DNA of 64,000 bases from Lachnospiraceae bacterium UBA7110 (lineage in GTDB: Bacteria > Bacillota > Clostridia > Lachnospirales > Lachnospiraceae), in contig DKYC01000132.1 of NCBI GenBank assembly GCA_002492295.1, forward strand, positions 6,085 to 70,084. The letters run 5' to 3'. The notes under the pieces were generated by a model, which was given only the letters and a program-made list of their open reading frames with translations, did not search any database and was not told where the DNA came from. This document shows positions 55,040-64,000 of this stretch, one piece after another (positions within the stretch are counted from its first letter, which is position 1; the number at the start of each line of letters is the position of its first letter). Both the position numbers and the translations under genes were made by a program.

Positions 55040-55951
55040 ATGTTCCGATACATCGTCAAACGAGTCATTCTTGCTGTCGCTACAGTGTTTATTATCGCTG
55101 CAATTACATTCTTTACCATGAATGCAATTCCCGGCGGACCGTTCGCTTCGGAGAAAGCGCCGAGTGAATCCGTCAAAAAAGTTTTGGAGGCGCGTTATAA
55201 CCTCGATAAACCTGTCGGCGAGCAGTTCATCATCTATATCAAAAATTTCCTTCACGGAGACTTGGGCGTTTCTTTAAAGACCGGAAGAAGTATTTCCACC
55301 GTTATCGGTGAATCGTTCCCCATATCTGCAAAGCTTGGCGGAATGGCGGCGGTGACGGCAGCGATTGTCGGCTTAATCCTTGGAAGTATTGCGGCGCTCA
55401 AAAGAAACACATTCATAGACCGCTTCATTGTATTTATCACCACGCTTTTTACCGCAGTACCAAGCTTTGTGCTTGCAACGCTGCTATTATATGTTTTCTG
55501 TATCATATTAAAATGGTCGCCTGTATTTGATCCGGAGAGGACGCACTATGTTCTTCCCGTGATTGCACTTGCGCTGTATCCGATGGCATACATTACGCGT
55601 CTGACAAAGACAAGTATGCTTGATGCGCTCAGTCAGGATTATGTCCGTACGGCGAATGCCAAGGGTGTGGCAGGCTGGAAGGTTATTTTTAAGCACGCGC
55701 TCAGAAACGCGGTGATTCCGGTCATTACTTATTTTGGACCGATGCTTGCGTACATACTGACAGGCAGTCTTGTGGTTGAGAATATTTTCACAATCGGCGG
55801 ACTTGGCACGAAATTTGTTTCAAGCATTACAAACCGTGATTATACAATGATTATGGGAACGACGATGTTCCTTGCGATTATCATGGTAACGATGAATTTG
55901 ATTACGGACATTATCTATAGCATTGTAGATCCCAGAATAAAGCTTGATTAG
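55040..55951 (+). CDS. oppB: Oligopeptide ABC permease
   Basis: AIPGGPF, YNLDKP..EQF, SQDYVRTA.AKG, HALRNA. Confidence 0.92.
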   Translation: MFRYIVKRVILAVATVFIIAAITFFTMNAIPGGPFASEKAPSESVKKVLEARYNLDKPVGEQFIIYIKNFLHGDLGVSLKTGRSISTVIGESFPISAKLGGMAAVTAAIVGLILGSIAALKRNTFIDRFIVFITTLFTAVPSFVLATLLLYVFCIILKWSPVFDPERTHYVLPVIALALYPMAYITRLTKTSMLDALSQDYVRTANAKGVAGWKVIFKHALRNAVIPVITYFGPMLAYILTGSLVVENIFTIGGLGTKFVSSITNRDYTMIMGTTMFLAIIMVTMNLITDIIYSIVDPRIKLD

Positions 55952-55976
55952 AAAGTGGAAGTGAAAGGAGATAGGA

Positions 55977-57068
55977 ATGGCAGAACAGAACGCAATGAAA
56001 AGAAATGTGCTGAGCGCACAGGTCGATTTATCAAAATTTCATTTCGATGATTCCGTTTTTGAAAAAGCGACGGACGAGGAGAAAAAACAGCAGGATGTCA
56101 TGAGCGAGTCCACCACGTTTTTTAAGGACGGTATGAAAAAGCTCATGAAAAATCCGCTTGCCGTTGGCAGTATTATTGTATTGATTTTCATTATGAGCGT
56201 GATTATTGTCGCGCCGCATATCGTGCCGTACAGTTATTCGCAGATTATCAGCGTCAACGGAAGGCGTGACAAGACGGCAAAAAATTTAAAGCCGTTTGAG
56301 TATTCGGAGAACGAGCTGGAATATATCGCGGAAGGCGGCGAGGTTTTTCCTCATATTATGGGAACGGACGCGCAGTGCCGTGACTATTTTATCCGTGTTG
56401 TATACGGTACAAGGGTATCGCTTGCGGTCGGATTGTTTGCCAGTATTTTGGTGTTGATTATCGGTTTGCTCTATGGTAGTATTTCGGGGTACATGGGCGG
56501 TAAGGTCGATTTGATTATGCAGCGTATTGTTGACATTATCTATTCCCTGCCGGACATGCTTGTCATTATTCTTTTATCAGTGGTTTTGAATGAAACACTC
56601 GGTGAAAAGCTTGAGGGCACATCTTTTCAGAGCCTCGGTGTAAACATGATTTCACTGTTCATCGTGTATGGTCTTTTATATTGGGTAAGCATGTCGCGTC
56701 TGGTGCGCGGACAGATTCTGACGATTAAAAACAATGAATATGTGCTTGCGGCAAAAGCAACGGGCGCGAAGACCGGCAGGATTATTGCAAAGCATATTAT
56801 TCCGAACTGCATCAGCGTTATCATAATTTCGACTGCGCTGCAGATTCCGTCGGCTATTTTTACGGAGAGTTACCTGAGCTTTATCGGACTGGGTGTACAG
56901 GCGCCGATGCCGTCGCTTGGAAGTCTTGCAAATACGGCGAGGGAGGGACTTCAGAGTTATCCGTATAAGCTGATTTTTCCGGCAGTTGTTATCTGTCTGA
57001 TTGTGCTTTCGCTTAATCTGCTCGGAGACGGCCTGCGCGATGCGTTTGACCCGAAGCTCAAGAAATAA
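55977..57068 (+). CDS. oppC: Oligopeptide ABC permease
   Basis: H.MGTD...RD, EYVLAAKATGA, HIIPN, ESYLSFIGLG, GDGLRDAFDP. Confidence 0.92.
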   Translation: MAEQNAMKRNVLSAQVDLSKFHFDDSVFEKATDEEKKQQDVMSESTTFFKDGMKKLMKNPLAVGSIIVLIFIMSVIIVAPHIVPYSYSQIISVNGRRDKTAKNLKPFEYSENELEYIAEGGEVFPHIMGTDAQCRDYFIRVVYGTRVSLAVGLFASILVLIIGLLYGSISGYMGGKVDLIMQRIVDIIYSLPDMLVIILLSVVLNETLGEKLEGTSFQSLGVNMISLFIVYGLLYWVSMSRLVRGQILTIKNNEYVLAAKATGAKTGRIIAKHIIPNCISVIIISTALQIPSAIFTESYLSFIGLGVQAPMPSLGSLANTAREGLQSYPYKLIFPAVVICLIVLSLNLLGDGLRDAFDPKLKK

Positions 57069-57101
57069 GGAAACGTATGTTAAGATAAATGGAGGCTGAA
57101 A

Positions 57102-58109
57102 ATGAGTGAAGAATACATTTTACAGGTAAAGGATTTACATACATCATTTTTTACGGAGTCGGGTGAGGTCAAGGCGGTAAACGGCGTGAACTTTAATTTG
57201 GCACCCGGAAAAATCCTTGGCATTGTGGGCGAGTCCGGTTCGGGAAAGAGTGTTACGGCGTACTCGATTATGCAGATTTTGGCGTCAACGGGACGTATCG
57301 TGAGCGGTGAGGTGCTCTATCGCGGCGAGGATATTACGAAATATGATAAAAAACAGATGAAAAATTTCAGGGGAAAGTGCTGCAGCATTATCTTTCAGGA
57401 TCCGATGACAAGCCTTAACCCTGTATTTACGATAGGAAACCAGTTGATGGAGGCAATTTTGCTCCACACGGATAAGAACAAACAGCAGGCGAAAGAGCGC
57501 GCAATTGAAATGCTTGAGCTTGTGGGCGTGAATGAGCCGCAAAAGCGTATTAAGCAGTATCCGCATGAGCTTTCAGGCGGTATGCGCCAGCGTGTGATGA
57601 TTGCCATGGCGCTTGCGTGCGAGCCGGATATCCTGATTGCGGACGAGCCGACGACGGCGCTTGACGTGACCATTCAGGCTCAGATTTTGGAGCTGATGCA
57701 GGAACTGCAGAAAAAGCTCGGTATGGCGATTATTATGGTAACGCATGATTTGGGTGTGATTGCGGATATGTGTGATGAAATTATCGTGATGTATGGCGGC
57801 CGCGTGTGTGAACGCGGGACGGCGGAGGATATTTTTTACCGTCCTGGTCATGAGTATACGAAAGGGCTTCTGCGTTCCGTTCCGAAGGCGGACGGCAGTA
57901 AGGAGCGGCTTGTTCCCATTGCGGGTACGCCGATTAATCTGTTAAATATGCCAAAGGGCTGTGCGTTTTGTACGCGCTGTGACGAGGCGATGAAAATCTG
58001 CCTGACGGAGGTTCCGCCGCAGGTGCAGATGCCTGACGGGCATTTCGCGTCATGCTGGCTTGCGTTTAAGAAGCTGAAAGATGGCACACTGGAGGAGGGA
58101 CGGTCATGA
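57102..58109 (+). CDS. oppD: Oligopeptide ABC ATP-binding protein
   Basis: [37 protein letters not shown]. Confidence 0.93.
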   Translation: MSEEYILQVKDLHTSFFTESGEVKAVNGVNFNLAPGKILGIVGESGSGKSVTAYSIMQILASTGRIVSGEVLYRGEDITKYDKKQMKNFRGKCCSIIFQDPMTSLNPVFTIGNQLMEAILLHTDKNKQQAKERAIEMLELVGVNEPQKRIKQYPHELSGGMRQRVMIAMALACEPDILIADEPTTALDVTIQAQILELMQELQKKLGMAIIMVTHDLGVIADMCDEIIVMYGGRVCERGTAEDIFYRPGHEYTKGLLRSVPKADGSKERLVPIAGTPINLLNMPKGCAFCTRCDEAMKICLTEVPPQVQMPDGHFASCWLAFKKLKDGTLEEGRS

Positions 58110-59068
58110 GCAGTGAATATTTGATAGAGGTGGAGGACTTAAAGCAGTACTTCCCCATTAAGACAGGATTTTTCAAAACCACGCCCCTCAAAGCGGTGGA
58201 TGGTGTATCATTCAACATCAAACCGGGCGAAACATTGGGACTTGTTGGCGAGTCGGGCTGCGGAAAGACGACGGTCGGTCGTACGCTTCTGCGTCTTTAT
58301 GAGCCGACTTCGGGTACGGTCAAGTTTGACGGCAATGAGATTACCGCGAAAAATATGGCAGAGTACCGCAAAAACATGCAGATGGTGTTTCAGGATCCGT
58401 ATTCTTCCCTAAATCCGCGTATGACGGTAGAGGATATTATTGGGGAGCCGCTTGACGTGCACAAGATGTATTCAAATAAAAACGAGCGCCGCGAGAAGAT
58501 ATTAGGCCTGATGGAGCTTGTGGGCTTGAATGCCGAGCATGCGACGCGCTATGCGCATGAGTTTTCGGGCGGTCAGAGACAGCGTATCGGGATTGCGCGG
58601 GCGCTTGCGGTAAAACCACAGTTTATTGTCTGCGATGAGGCGGTAAGTGCGCTTGACGTTTCCATTCAGGCGCAGGTTATCAACATGTTTGAGGATTTAC
58701 AGGAAAAGCTTGGCGTGGCGTACTTGTTTATCGCGCATGACTTGCTGGTTGTAAGGCATATTTCAAGCCGTATTGCAGTGATGTATCTTGGAAAGGTTGT
58801 TGAGATTGGCGACGCGGACGAGGTTTATGAGCATCCCATTCATCCGTACACGGAGTCCCTTTTGAGTGCTGTTCCTATTCCGGATCCGATTCAGGCAAAG
58901 CAGAGCCAGCGGATTGTGCTTTCCGGCGATGTGCCAAGCCCGATGAATATGCCGACAGGCTGCGCGTTCCGCACAAGATGCCGTTTTGCGACGGATAAGT
59001 GCGCGGAGGTTTGCCCGACGCTTACGGATAAGGGCGGCGGACATATGGTGGCGTGCCATAATCGTTAG
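58106..59068 (+). CDS. oppF: Oligopeptide ABC ATP-binding protein
   Basis: [41 protein letters not shown]. Confidence 0.93.
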   Translation: MSSEYLIEVEDLKQYFPIKTGFFKTTPLKAVDGVSFNIKPGETLGLVGESGCGKTTVGRTLLRLYEPTSGTVKFDGNEITAKNMAEYRKNMQMVFQDPYSSLNPRMTVEDIIGEPLDVHKMYSNKNERREKILGLMELVGLNAEHATRYAHEFSGGQRQRIGIARALAVKPQFIVCDEAVSALDVSIQAQVINMFEDLQEKLGVAYLFIAHDLLVVRHISSRIAVMYLGKVVEIGDADEVYEHPIHPYTESLLSAVPIPDPIQAKQSQRIVLSGDVPSPMNMPTGCAFRTRCRFATDKCAEVCPTLTDKGGGHMVACHNR

Positions 59069-59205
59069 TATTTTACAATGTAAAAAGCTTAGAAAATGAG
59101 GATATTGACATTTCCCCGACGGTATTTTCCGAAAAGGGGGTGTGAATATAGATAAAATCTGTTTTATATTGTTTTAAAAATTTTTAAAGGAGGAAACACA
59201 TTATT

Positions 59206-61002
59206 ATGAAAAAGAAACAGGTATTGGCTCTTTGCCTTGCACTTGCGATGGCAATGGGGACACTGACAGCATGCGGTTCATCAAACAATGCACCCGCGGC
59301 TGATAATGCAGTGGACACGCCTGCCGAGACGCAGGCACAGGACGGCGCGGAAGCAGGAGCAGAGAATACAACGGATGCGGCAGACGCGGAGAACGCGGTT
59401 GATCCTGCAAACTGGGGAGAATACGACGCGTTAATTGAGGAAATCAGAACAACGACAGACTTTGTGGAGCGCGAGGCGCTGATGCATAAGGCTGAGGATA
59501 TGATTATGGAGACAGGCGCAATCCTGCCGATTTACTATTACAACAATATGTATTTACAGAAGCCGTACGTATCAGGCGTTTATGTAAACGGCTATGGTTT
59601 TAAATATTGGATGTTTGCCGAGACACAAGGCGATACGCTCAGACTGAATCAGGCATCTGAGCCGGACAAGCTTGATCCCGCATTAAATTCTACTGTTGAT
59701 GGTGCGTGTCTTGCGGTAAACAGCTTTTCAGGTCTTTTCACCTATGATGAGAATGCGGAAGTCGTTCCCGATCTTGCCGCAGATTATACGGTAAGCGACG
59801 ATGGCTTAACATATACTTTTAACTTACTTCCTGACTTGAAATGGTCAGACGGTTCTGAATTGAATGCAAACGATTTTGTCTATTCATGGAACCGTGCGGT
59901 TGCGGAAGAAACAGCGGCAGATTATTCTTATATGTTTGACGCGATTAAGCACAATGATGACGGTACTCTTGCAATAACGGCAAGCGAGGATGGCCAGTCC
60001 CTTACGGTAGAGCTTGGGGCGCCTTGTGCATATTTCCTTGACCTTTGTGCTTTCCCTGCTTACTATCCCGTAAAGCAGAGCGAGGTAGAGTCGGCAGCGG
60101 ATTGGCAGACGAATCCGGGTGCTTGGTGCCAGGAGGCAGGCTTTGTTTCAAATGGTGCTTATACACTGGAGTCATGGACACATGACGAGTCCATGGTATA
60201 TGTAAAGAACCCGAATTATCACAGAGCGGACGAGGTGAAGATTGAGAAGCTTCAGTTCATGCTGAGCGCAGACGACACGGCAGTTTTTGCGGCATACAAT
60301 GCGGGCGACCTTGATTTCGTGGCAGATACGATTCCGACAGATGAAATTCAGACGCTTTTGGGCAATCCCGAGTTCCATACCGTTGACCAGATTGGAACAT
60401 ATTATGTAGGCTTTAATGTAAAGAGCGACCTTTTTGCGGATAAGACGCCTGCGCAGGCAAATGCAATGAGACGTGCTTTCGCACTTTTGGTTGACCGTGA
60501 TTACATTGCCGAGAATATCGGACAGACGGGACAGAAGCCTGCAAATACCTTTATTCCTGCAGGAATGGCTGATGGTAATGGCGGCGTTTTCAAGGAGAAT
60601 GACGATGCGTATACCTACCCGGACGAAGCGACGACAGGCTACTATGATCCGGAAGCGATTGATGAGAACGTTGAGAAGGCAATTGAGCTTTTAGAGTTCG
60701 CAGGCTATGAGTTTACGGACGATGGTGTGCTTTCTGATGCTACGCCGATTTCGTTTGAGTACCTTACAAACGATACGACAACTCATGTGGCAATTGCAGA
60801 GGCATTGCAGCAGGATTTCGGCTTTATCGGAATTAACATGACAATTAAAACCGTGGACTGGAATGTATTCCTGAATGAGAGAAAAGCAGGAAACTATGAC
60901 ATTGCACGTAACGGTTGGGTTGCAGATTTTAATGACCCGATTAACATGCTTGAGATGTGGACGACAGAGTCAGGTAACAACGACTGTCAGTTTGGCAGGT
61001 AA
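59206..61002 (+). CDS. oppA: Oligopeptide ABC substrate-binding lipoprotein (family 5), circularly permuted
   Basis: Lipobox LTAC; SEPDKLDPA, LKWSDG..L.A.DFVYSW, NGAYTL..W, GWVADF.DP. The canonical C-terminal segment sits at the N-terminus. Confidence 0.9.
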   Translation: MKKKQVLALCLALAMAMGTLTACGSSNNAPAADNAVDTPAETQAQDGAEAGAENTTDAADAENAVDPANWGEYDALIEEIRTTTDFVEREALMHKAEDMIMETGAILPIYYYNNMYLQKPYVSGVYVNGYGFKYWMFAETQGDTLRLNQASEPDKLDPALNSTVDGACLAVNSFSGLFTYDENAEVVPDLAADYTVSDDGLTYTFNLLPDLKWSDGSELNANDFVYSWNRAVAEETAADYSYMFDAIKHNDDGTLAITASEDGQSLTVELGAPCAYFLDLCAFPAYYPVKQSEVESAADWQTNPGAWCQEAGFVSNGAYTLESWTHDESMVYVKNPNYHRADEVKIEKLQFMLSADDTAVFAAYNAGDLDFVADTIPTDEIQTLLGNPEFHTVDQIGTYYVGFNVKSDLFADKTPAQANAMRRAFALLVDRDYIAENIGQTGQKPANTFIPAGMADGNGGVFKENDDAYTYPDEATTGYYDPEAIDENVEKAIELLEFAGYEFTDDGVLSDATPISFEYLTNDTTTHVAIAEALQQDFGFIGINMTIKTVDWNVFLNERKAGNYDIARNGWVADFNDPINMLEMWTTESGNNDCQFGR

Positions 61003-61021
61003 TTGGGATTATATGTTCTTA

Positions 61022-61060
61022 TAAAAACGTACGCCATAAATGTGTGGTGTGCGTTTTTTG
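61022..61060 (+). terminator. Intrinsic terminator after oppA
   Basis: AAAAACGTACGCCA / TGGTGTGCGTTTTT stem. Confidence 0.6.
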
Positions 61061-61143
61061 TGTGCAAAATGCTTGTTTGACTGTGGGGGAAATGGTACAC
61101 TATAGATAAGATTACGTAAAACCACCATAGGGAGGCTGCACAA

Positions 61144-63063
61144 ATGGAACAGGATAGATTGTTAAACCAATTGATGGATGAAAAACTAAGATATTTAAGA
61201 CTGCTGGCGGAGAAATACCCTTCGATACCGTCAGTGTGCCGGGAAATCATTAATCTCAAGGCAATCTTAAATCTGCCGAAGGGTACGGAGCATTTTATGA
61301 GCGATATCCACGGTGAATATGAGGCATTTTACCATATTATGAACAATGCGGCAGGCGTTATCAAGGAAAAGGTGGACCTGCTGTTTTCCGACAGGCTTTC
61401 CGCGCAGGAGCGGCAGGAAATCTGTACGCTGGTGTATTATCCGGAGGAAAAAATAAAGCTGTTAAAACGCCAGAATATGGTGACACCTTATTGGTATCAG
61501 ACAAACCTTAAAAATTTGACGGAGCTTGCAAAGCTGCTTTCGTCAAAGTATACACGTTCGAAAGTGCGGAAGGCAATTCCGGAGGAGTTCAGCTTTATCA
61601 TTGATGAGCTGCTGCACGCGCAGCCTGACGAGGACAACAACCAGCTTGTCTATCATGAGAAGATTATTGAAACCATCATTGACATCGACAGTGCGGACGC
61701 GTTTATAGGAGCGTTATGTCGCCTGATTAAACGGCTTGCGGTTGACAGGCTGCATATTGTCGGGGATATTTACGACAGGGGACCGAAAGCGGATAAGATA
61801 ATGGATTTGCTCATTTCGCACCATTCGGTTGATATTGAGTGGGGAAACCATGACATTCTGTGGATGGGCGCGGCCTGCGGAAATGAAGCGTGCATTGCCA
61901 ATATTTTGCGAAATAATATCCGGTATAACAGTATCGAAATTCTTGAAAATTCCTATGCCATCAGCCTGCGTGTTCTGGCGCTTTTTGCGGAGCATACGTA
62001 TCCCGGGCTTGCGCCGATGGATGCGGCGACTAAGGCAATTTCCGTTATTTTGTTCAAGTTAGAGGGACAGATTATTATGCGCCATCCCGAGTATGACATG
62101 AACGACAGGTTGCTTTTGGACAAGATGGATTTGGAACGCGGTGTGGTACGCATTGGGGACAAGGAATACGAGCTGAACGATACCTATTTTCCGACTGTCA
62201 GCAAAGAGAATCCATATGCGCTTTCGCAGGAGGAGCAGGAGGTGATTGACGACCTGCGCGCGGCGTTTACAAACAGTCATATGCTGCGAAAACATGTTCG
62301 CTTCCTGTATGAGAAGGGAAATATCTATTTGTGCTACAACGGCAATCTGCTGTTCCATGGCTGTATTCCGATGGACGAAAACGGCGATTTTGACGGGATG
62401 CGGATTGGCGATACGATGTACCGCGGCAAGGAATACATGGACTATGCCTGTAAGATTGCAAGGCGTGCATTTTTCGACACCTACGACCAGTCAAACAACG
62501 ACTTTATGTGGTATTTGTGGTGCGGCAAAAAATCGCCGCTTTCCGGCAGAAACATGAAAACCTTTGAGCGGACGTTTGTGGTTGACAAATCGACCTACGA
62601 TGAGCCGAAAAATCCATATTACAGTTTTTACCAGCAGGAAAAATACTGCCGCAAAATTCTGCACGAGTTTGGCTTGGACAGCTCGATTTCCCATATTATC
62701 AACGGACATACGCCGATTAAGGTCGCAAAGGGGGAATCGCCGCTCAAGGCAAATAACCGCTTAATCGTCATTGATGGCGGGTTCTGCCGCGCGTATCAGA
62801 AAACGACGGGCATTGCAGGCTATACGTTGATTTACAACTCGCACGGAATGCGTCTGAAGGCACACCAGCCCTTTGAGAGTGTTGCCAAGGTGCTCTCGGA
62901 GAATAAGGACATTGAGTCGACCTCAAATTTCTTTGAGACGGAAAGTGACCGTGTCATGGTAAAGGATACGGACAACGGTAAGGTAATACTGGATACAATC
63001 AATGACTTGGAATTGCTGCTGCTGGCATATAGGCGGGGATTGATTAGCGTCGGAAAGGAATGA
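61144..63063 (+). CDS. fbp: Fructose-1,6-bisphosphatase class III
   Basis: LNLPKGTEHFMSDIHGEYEAF, GDIYDRG, WGNHD, NGHTP, DGGFCRAYQ. Confidence 0.95.
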   Translation: MEQDRLLNQLMDEKLRYLRLLAEKYPSIPSVCREIINLKAILNLPKGTEHFMSDIHGEYEAFYHIMNNAAGVIKEKVDLLFSDRLSAQERQEICTLVYYPEEKIKLLKRQNMVTPYWYQTNLKNLTELAKLLSSKYTRSKVRKAIPEEFSFIIDELLHAQPDEDNNQLVYHEKIIETIIDIDSADAFIGALCRLIKRLAVDRLHIVGDIYDRGPKADKIMDLLISHHSVDIEWGNHDILWMGAACGNEACIANILRNNIRYNSIEILENSYAISLRVLALFAEHTYPGLAPMDAATKAISVILFKLEGQIIMRHPEYDMNDRLLLDKMDLERGVVRIGDKEYELNDTYFPTVSKENPYALSQEEQEVIDDLRAAFTNSHMLRKHVRFLYEKGNIYLCYNGNLLFHGCIPMDENGDFDGMRIGDTMYRGKEYMDYACKIARRAFFDTYDQSNNDFMWYLWCGKKSPLSGRNMKTFERTFVVDKSTYDEPKNPYYSFYQQEKYCRKILHEFGLDSSISHIINGHTPIKVAKGESPLKANNRLIVIDGGFCRAYQKTTGIAGYTLIYNSHGMRLKAHQPFESVAKVLSENKDIESTSNFFETESDRVMVKDTDNGKVILDTINDLELLLLAYRRGLISVGKE

Positions 63064-63079
63064 TACAGCGGGGGTTTTT

Positions 63080-63544
63080 ATGGACAGACTGACAAAAGAA
63101 CAACGCCACAGAAATATGCAGAATATCAAAGGCAAGGATACAAGCATTGAAATCAAATTGCGCAAGGCACTGTGGCATAAGGGATACCGTTACCGGAAAA
63201 ATGTTCCCACACTTCCCGGGAAACCGGATATTGCCCTGACGAAATATAAACTGGCGATTTTTTGTGACAGTGAATTTTTTCACGGAAAAGACTGGGAAGT
63301 GCTTAAGCCCCGGTTGGAGCGTGGGAACAATGCCGCATTTTGGGTCAATAAAATTTCAAGGAACCGTGAACGTGATGATGAAGTCAATAAGCGTCTGCTG
63401 TTTATGGGGTGGACAGTCATCCGCTTTTGGGGAACTGAAATTAACAAGAATGTGGAATTGTGCGTTAAGGTCATTGAGGAGACGATATTTGAATTGAAAG
63501 TCGGCGTGGAGGAACCCGTTTCGGCAGATGAAATACTGGAGTAA
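63080..63544 (+). CDS. vsr: Very-short-patch repair endonuclease
   Basis: EQRHRNMQNIKGKDT..E, PGKPDI, FCDSEFFHG, GW.VIRFW. Confidence 0.92.
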   Translation: MDRLTKEQRHRNMQNIKGKDTSIEIKLRKALWHKGYRYRKNVPTLPGKPDIALTKYKLAIFCDSEFFHGKDWEVLKPRLERGNNAAFWVNKISRNRERDDEVNKRLLFMGWTVIRFWGTEINKNVELCVKVIEETIFELKVGVEEPVSADEILE

Positions 63545-63545
63545 G

Positions 63546-63582
63546 AAAAAAGTGCGCAATGCATATACGCTGCGCACTTTTT
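63546..63582. terminator. Bidirectional terminator
   Basis: AAAAAAGTGCGCA / TGCGCACTTTTT. Confidence 0.75.
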
Positions 63583-63595
63583 CCATTTAAAGTTT

Positions 63596-64000
63596 TTAAT
63601 TCTGCTCCTGTGCAAGCTTTATTTCCTGTTCCTTCTGAATATCCTCAAAAGCGGAAATCATCGGTTTTTCCTTTGAACCCTTAAAAATACGTGCAACATA
63701 ATTATTCGTAATCTTAATCACCGTACCTGAGAGCACCAGCACGCCAATCAGGTTGGGAAGTGCCATCAGACCGTTGAAGGTATCCGAAATATCCCATGCC
63801 AAATCAAGGTTCATGGTTGCGCCAAACACGATAAACACCACGAAAACAACCTTATAGATAATTGTCGCCTTTGTGCCGAATAAAAACTCCCACGCTTTTG
63901 TGCCATAGTAGCTCCAGCCAAGCACTGTCGAAAACGCAAAGAGCAGCACGGCGATGGCAATAAAAATGCCGCCGACATTGATATTGCCAAAATTAAATAC
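63596..64000 (-). CDS. Sodium:alanine/glycine symporter (AgcS family), C-terminal part, truncated by the window edge
   Basis: FAFSTVLGWSYYG, WDISDTFNGLMALPNLIG; frame open to nt 64000. Confidence 0.9.
   Translation of the reverse strand, partial: VFNFGNINVGGIFIAIAVLLFAFSTVLGWSYYGTKAWEFLFGTKATIIYKVVFVVFIVFGATMNLDLAWDISDTFNGLMALPNLIGVLVLSGTVIKITNNYVARIFKGSKEKPMISAFEDIQKEQEIKLAQEQN

Noticed and set aside
54720-59140. CodY boxes upstream of oppB (~54724) and oppA (~59124)
   Set aside because: Each needs an indel or four mismatches to the consensus in AT-rich DNA.
60987-61143. oppA truncated by a frameshift or nonsense mutation
   Set aside because: No continuation of the missing segment exists downstream; that segment is present intact at the N-terminus, and a terminator follows.

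Overview
A 64-kb chromosomal window from a Clostridia bacterium, very probably Lachnospiraceae (inferred from gene families, gene order and the style of its large secreted proteins). It is mostly housekeeping and carbohydrate/peptide-foraging genes: folD, tadA, trmL, xylB, ispE, metG, trxA, pncB, hprK-glk-murB-rapZ-whiA, a YtrA-type ABC operon, oppBCDFA, class III fbp and vsr. It also encodes two very large secreted modular enzymes (a papain-like C1 protease of 1448 aa and a GH53 galactanase of 2877 aa), a diguanylate cyclase, a hybrid histidine kinase, a small alarmone synthetase and a stand-alone tyrosine recombinase. I saw no rRNA, tRNA, CRISPR array, prophage or IS. Most notable: (1) a consensus sigma28 (SigD/FliA) promoter driving two uncharacterised coiled-coil proteins; (2) two independently circularly permuted substrate-binding lipoproteins, namely OppA and an orphan amino-acid SBP next to a Cache-HAMP-GGDEF cyclase; (3) a thrice-repeated unassigned module in the giant GH53; (4) an orphan flagellin C-terminal stub between two terminators; (5) a WhiA lacking its N-terminal domain, and a small ORF in the position where Clostridia usually carry spoIIR. 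Everything comes from reading the sequence and the ORF track; no searches were run.
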